Shown: positions 62,391 through 64,000 of the stretch, piece by piece
Position numbering within the stretch: position 1 is the stretch's first letter
Layout of the letters: every line of letters starts with the position of its first letter
Origin: Rhynchobatus australiae
Taxonomy: Eukaryota
Direction: 5' to 3'
Assembly (NCBI GenBank): GCA_034780895.1
Contig: JAUZTB010000073.1
Span: forward strand, 18,120,756-18,184,755
Length of the DNA: 64,000 bases
The notes under the pieces: model-generated
Database searches by the model: none
Seen by the model: the letters and a program-made list of their open reading frames with translations, nothing else
What the model was told of the DNA's origin: nothing
Translations under genes and position numbers: made by a program

Positions 62391-64000
62391 ATTGGCATTA
62401 AAAATTATTGTCCGCACTGGGTCCCTTCCTAAATCTATTTGTGCCAATGACAGTACCTTTCACAATTGCCCCTCTTAAATTTGATTTGCTATTAGCTGTC
62501 ACTAGAGAAAGGATTGCAATCTGCTTACAAATCACCATCTGCATTGCTTTCCTCCAGTAACCTTCATATTGAGTAGAAACTGGTTGCTGCATCAGCTCAT
62601 TTATTTAAGTAAGGGGCAATGAGCTTCAAGCATTTGGGACCTGGACTGCTGTCAGTACTTCCCATAGTATTTACGATCCAATCTTTCCTCTGGTTTCATG
62701 TTCAACTGTGCCTTCCTGTGGATTTTAGCTTAATGACCAGTTCTGTTATAATAGAGTCCATACCTATTTTGTTCATATTGTTCTCAAAGCCATGGTGATG
62801 TTACATCATGCTATTGCTATTTAGGCAAAAGCAGATAAGAAGGTGACTGAAACCCAATCCAATGTAACCTTACAGAAGACAAACATAAAAATTATCGACT
62901 AAGAAAGTTAAATAGGATTGCGTTCATAACAGCATAGTGTGGACGTAGCTTTTGGATGGACTTTGAATAGGCATATGCAACCTGTGACAAGGTAGTATGG
63001 GCTGGTTTGTTGAAGGAAATTAAAAATAAGTAGAGTTCATAATAGGGTAGAGTTAGTGTGGGCAGAGGGAGGAGATAAAATGGGTGGATGGAGTACATGA
63101 CAAGGTAATATGGGCATTTATGGTGGGCAGCAAACAAATGAAAAGATAGACCATTTAAAGTAAAGTGTGTAGGGTCTGTGGGAGGAGAATACACAATTAA
63201 GTAGAGTTCATGGTGGGTAGAGTGTGCATGGGCTGTAGGGGGGACGATTAAATATAATTCATGATAAAGTATACATGACCTCTAGGAGGAGTACTGTGGA
63301 TGAGAAAATGGTCCATTAATTGCTAATATTTTATATTTTGCTGAATAGTAACTAAAAGTAAAAAAAATAATGAATATGATGTGACAGAACTCCAAGCATT
63401 GCTCCTGTTTGAATTTTGCCTATGGTCTTTTCAAAGTTCCAATTCTCTCTGGAGAAGATGATGAATGAATTGGGCGACAGGATCTTCCACATTTTCTCTT
63501 TCATTTGTGCATTGTGAAATCTGATTGAACCAGTGCATTCCTCGGCAGAGTGGGCCAACCATGACTGACTCTAATTTCAACTATAACGTTTTATGAGATA
63601 TTTGCAGGGTAGTTTTTTCTGGCCATCCAAGTGGATTGATGTCTGAAAGCTAGAAAAGCCAACTAAATTCTCAAATGGTCTGATTCTGTTGGCTAAAGTG
63701 TTGACCAGATTGTTTCAAATGGCATTTTCCTGGCACACTGAGTTTGTAAAGAATTAGTTCCACGGAGGGAGATCTTTCCTTGCAGCTGATTGGAAAAGAG
63801 CCAGGGTATATGTTGAAAGGAAGGGTGTGACAGAGGGAGGTGATTCTTTGAGAAAAAACTTAAGTAAATTACTGTGCCTAGAAATACAAGTTCATCTAAA
63901 ACTCTGCGGCCCATATGTAACTGTATGGATCTGTCTGACTCCAGTCAGGGATATGGTCAATAACTTATCTGGTAGATACTGGATACTGAAAGGCCTAGAT

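Noticed and set aside
63352-63700. Faint resemblance to an R4/NeSL restriction-like endonuclease C-terminus (KIQ..AMLG)
   Set aside because: Catalytic motifs cannot be reconstructed; too weak to call.

Overview
Eukaryotic, repeat-rich, non-coding DNA from a gapped short-read assembly. The repeat families (HE1-type V-SINE, SacSINE1-type DeuSINE, CR1/HER1, L2, Rex1/Babar, RTE, Penelope-derived short repeats) point to a cartilaginous fish, most likely a batoid; this is an inference from recalled consensus motifs. I recognise no intact protein-coding gene. Nearly all listed ORFs are N-gap read-through, microsatellite, or decayed transposon frames. The window looks like an intron or flank of a large gene, with one plausible promoter/first coding exon (~14.4-14.8 kb, +) and several repeat-free, motif-dense islands. 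Most interesting: (1) very short Penelope-derived insertions with 12-15 bp target-site duplications, several carrying a minimal type-I hammerhead ribozyme motif with a consistent non-canonical core (CAGAUGA); (2) two or three ancient PIF/Harbinger transposase fossils; (3) a CR1 inserted cleanly inside an RTE reading frame; (4) three SINE-LINE tail-sharing pairs. I found no solid evidence for a wholly new system. Repeat boundaries are approximate unless motif coordinates are given.
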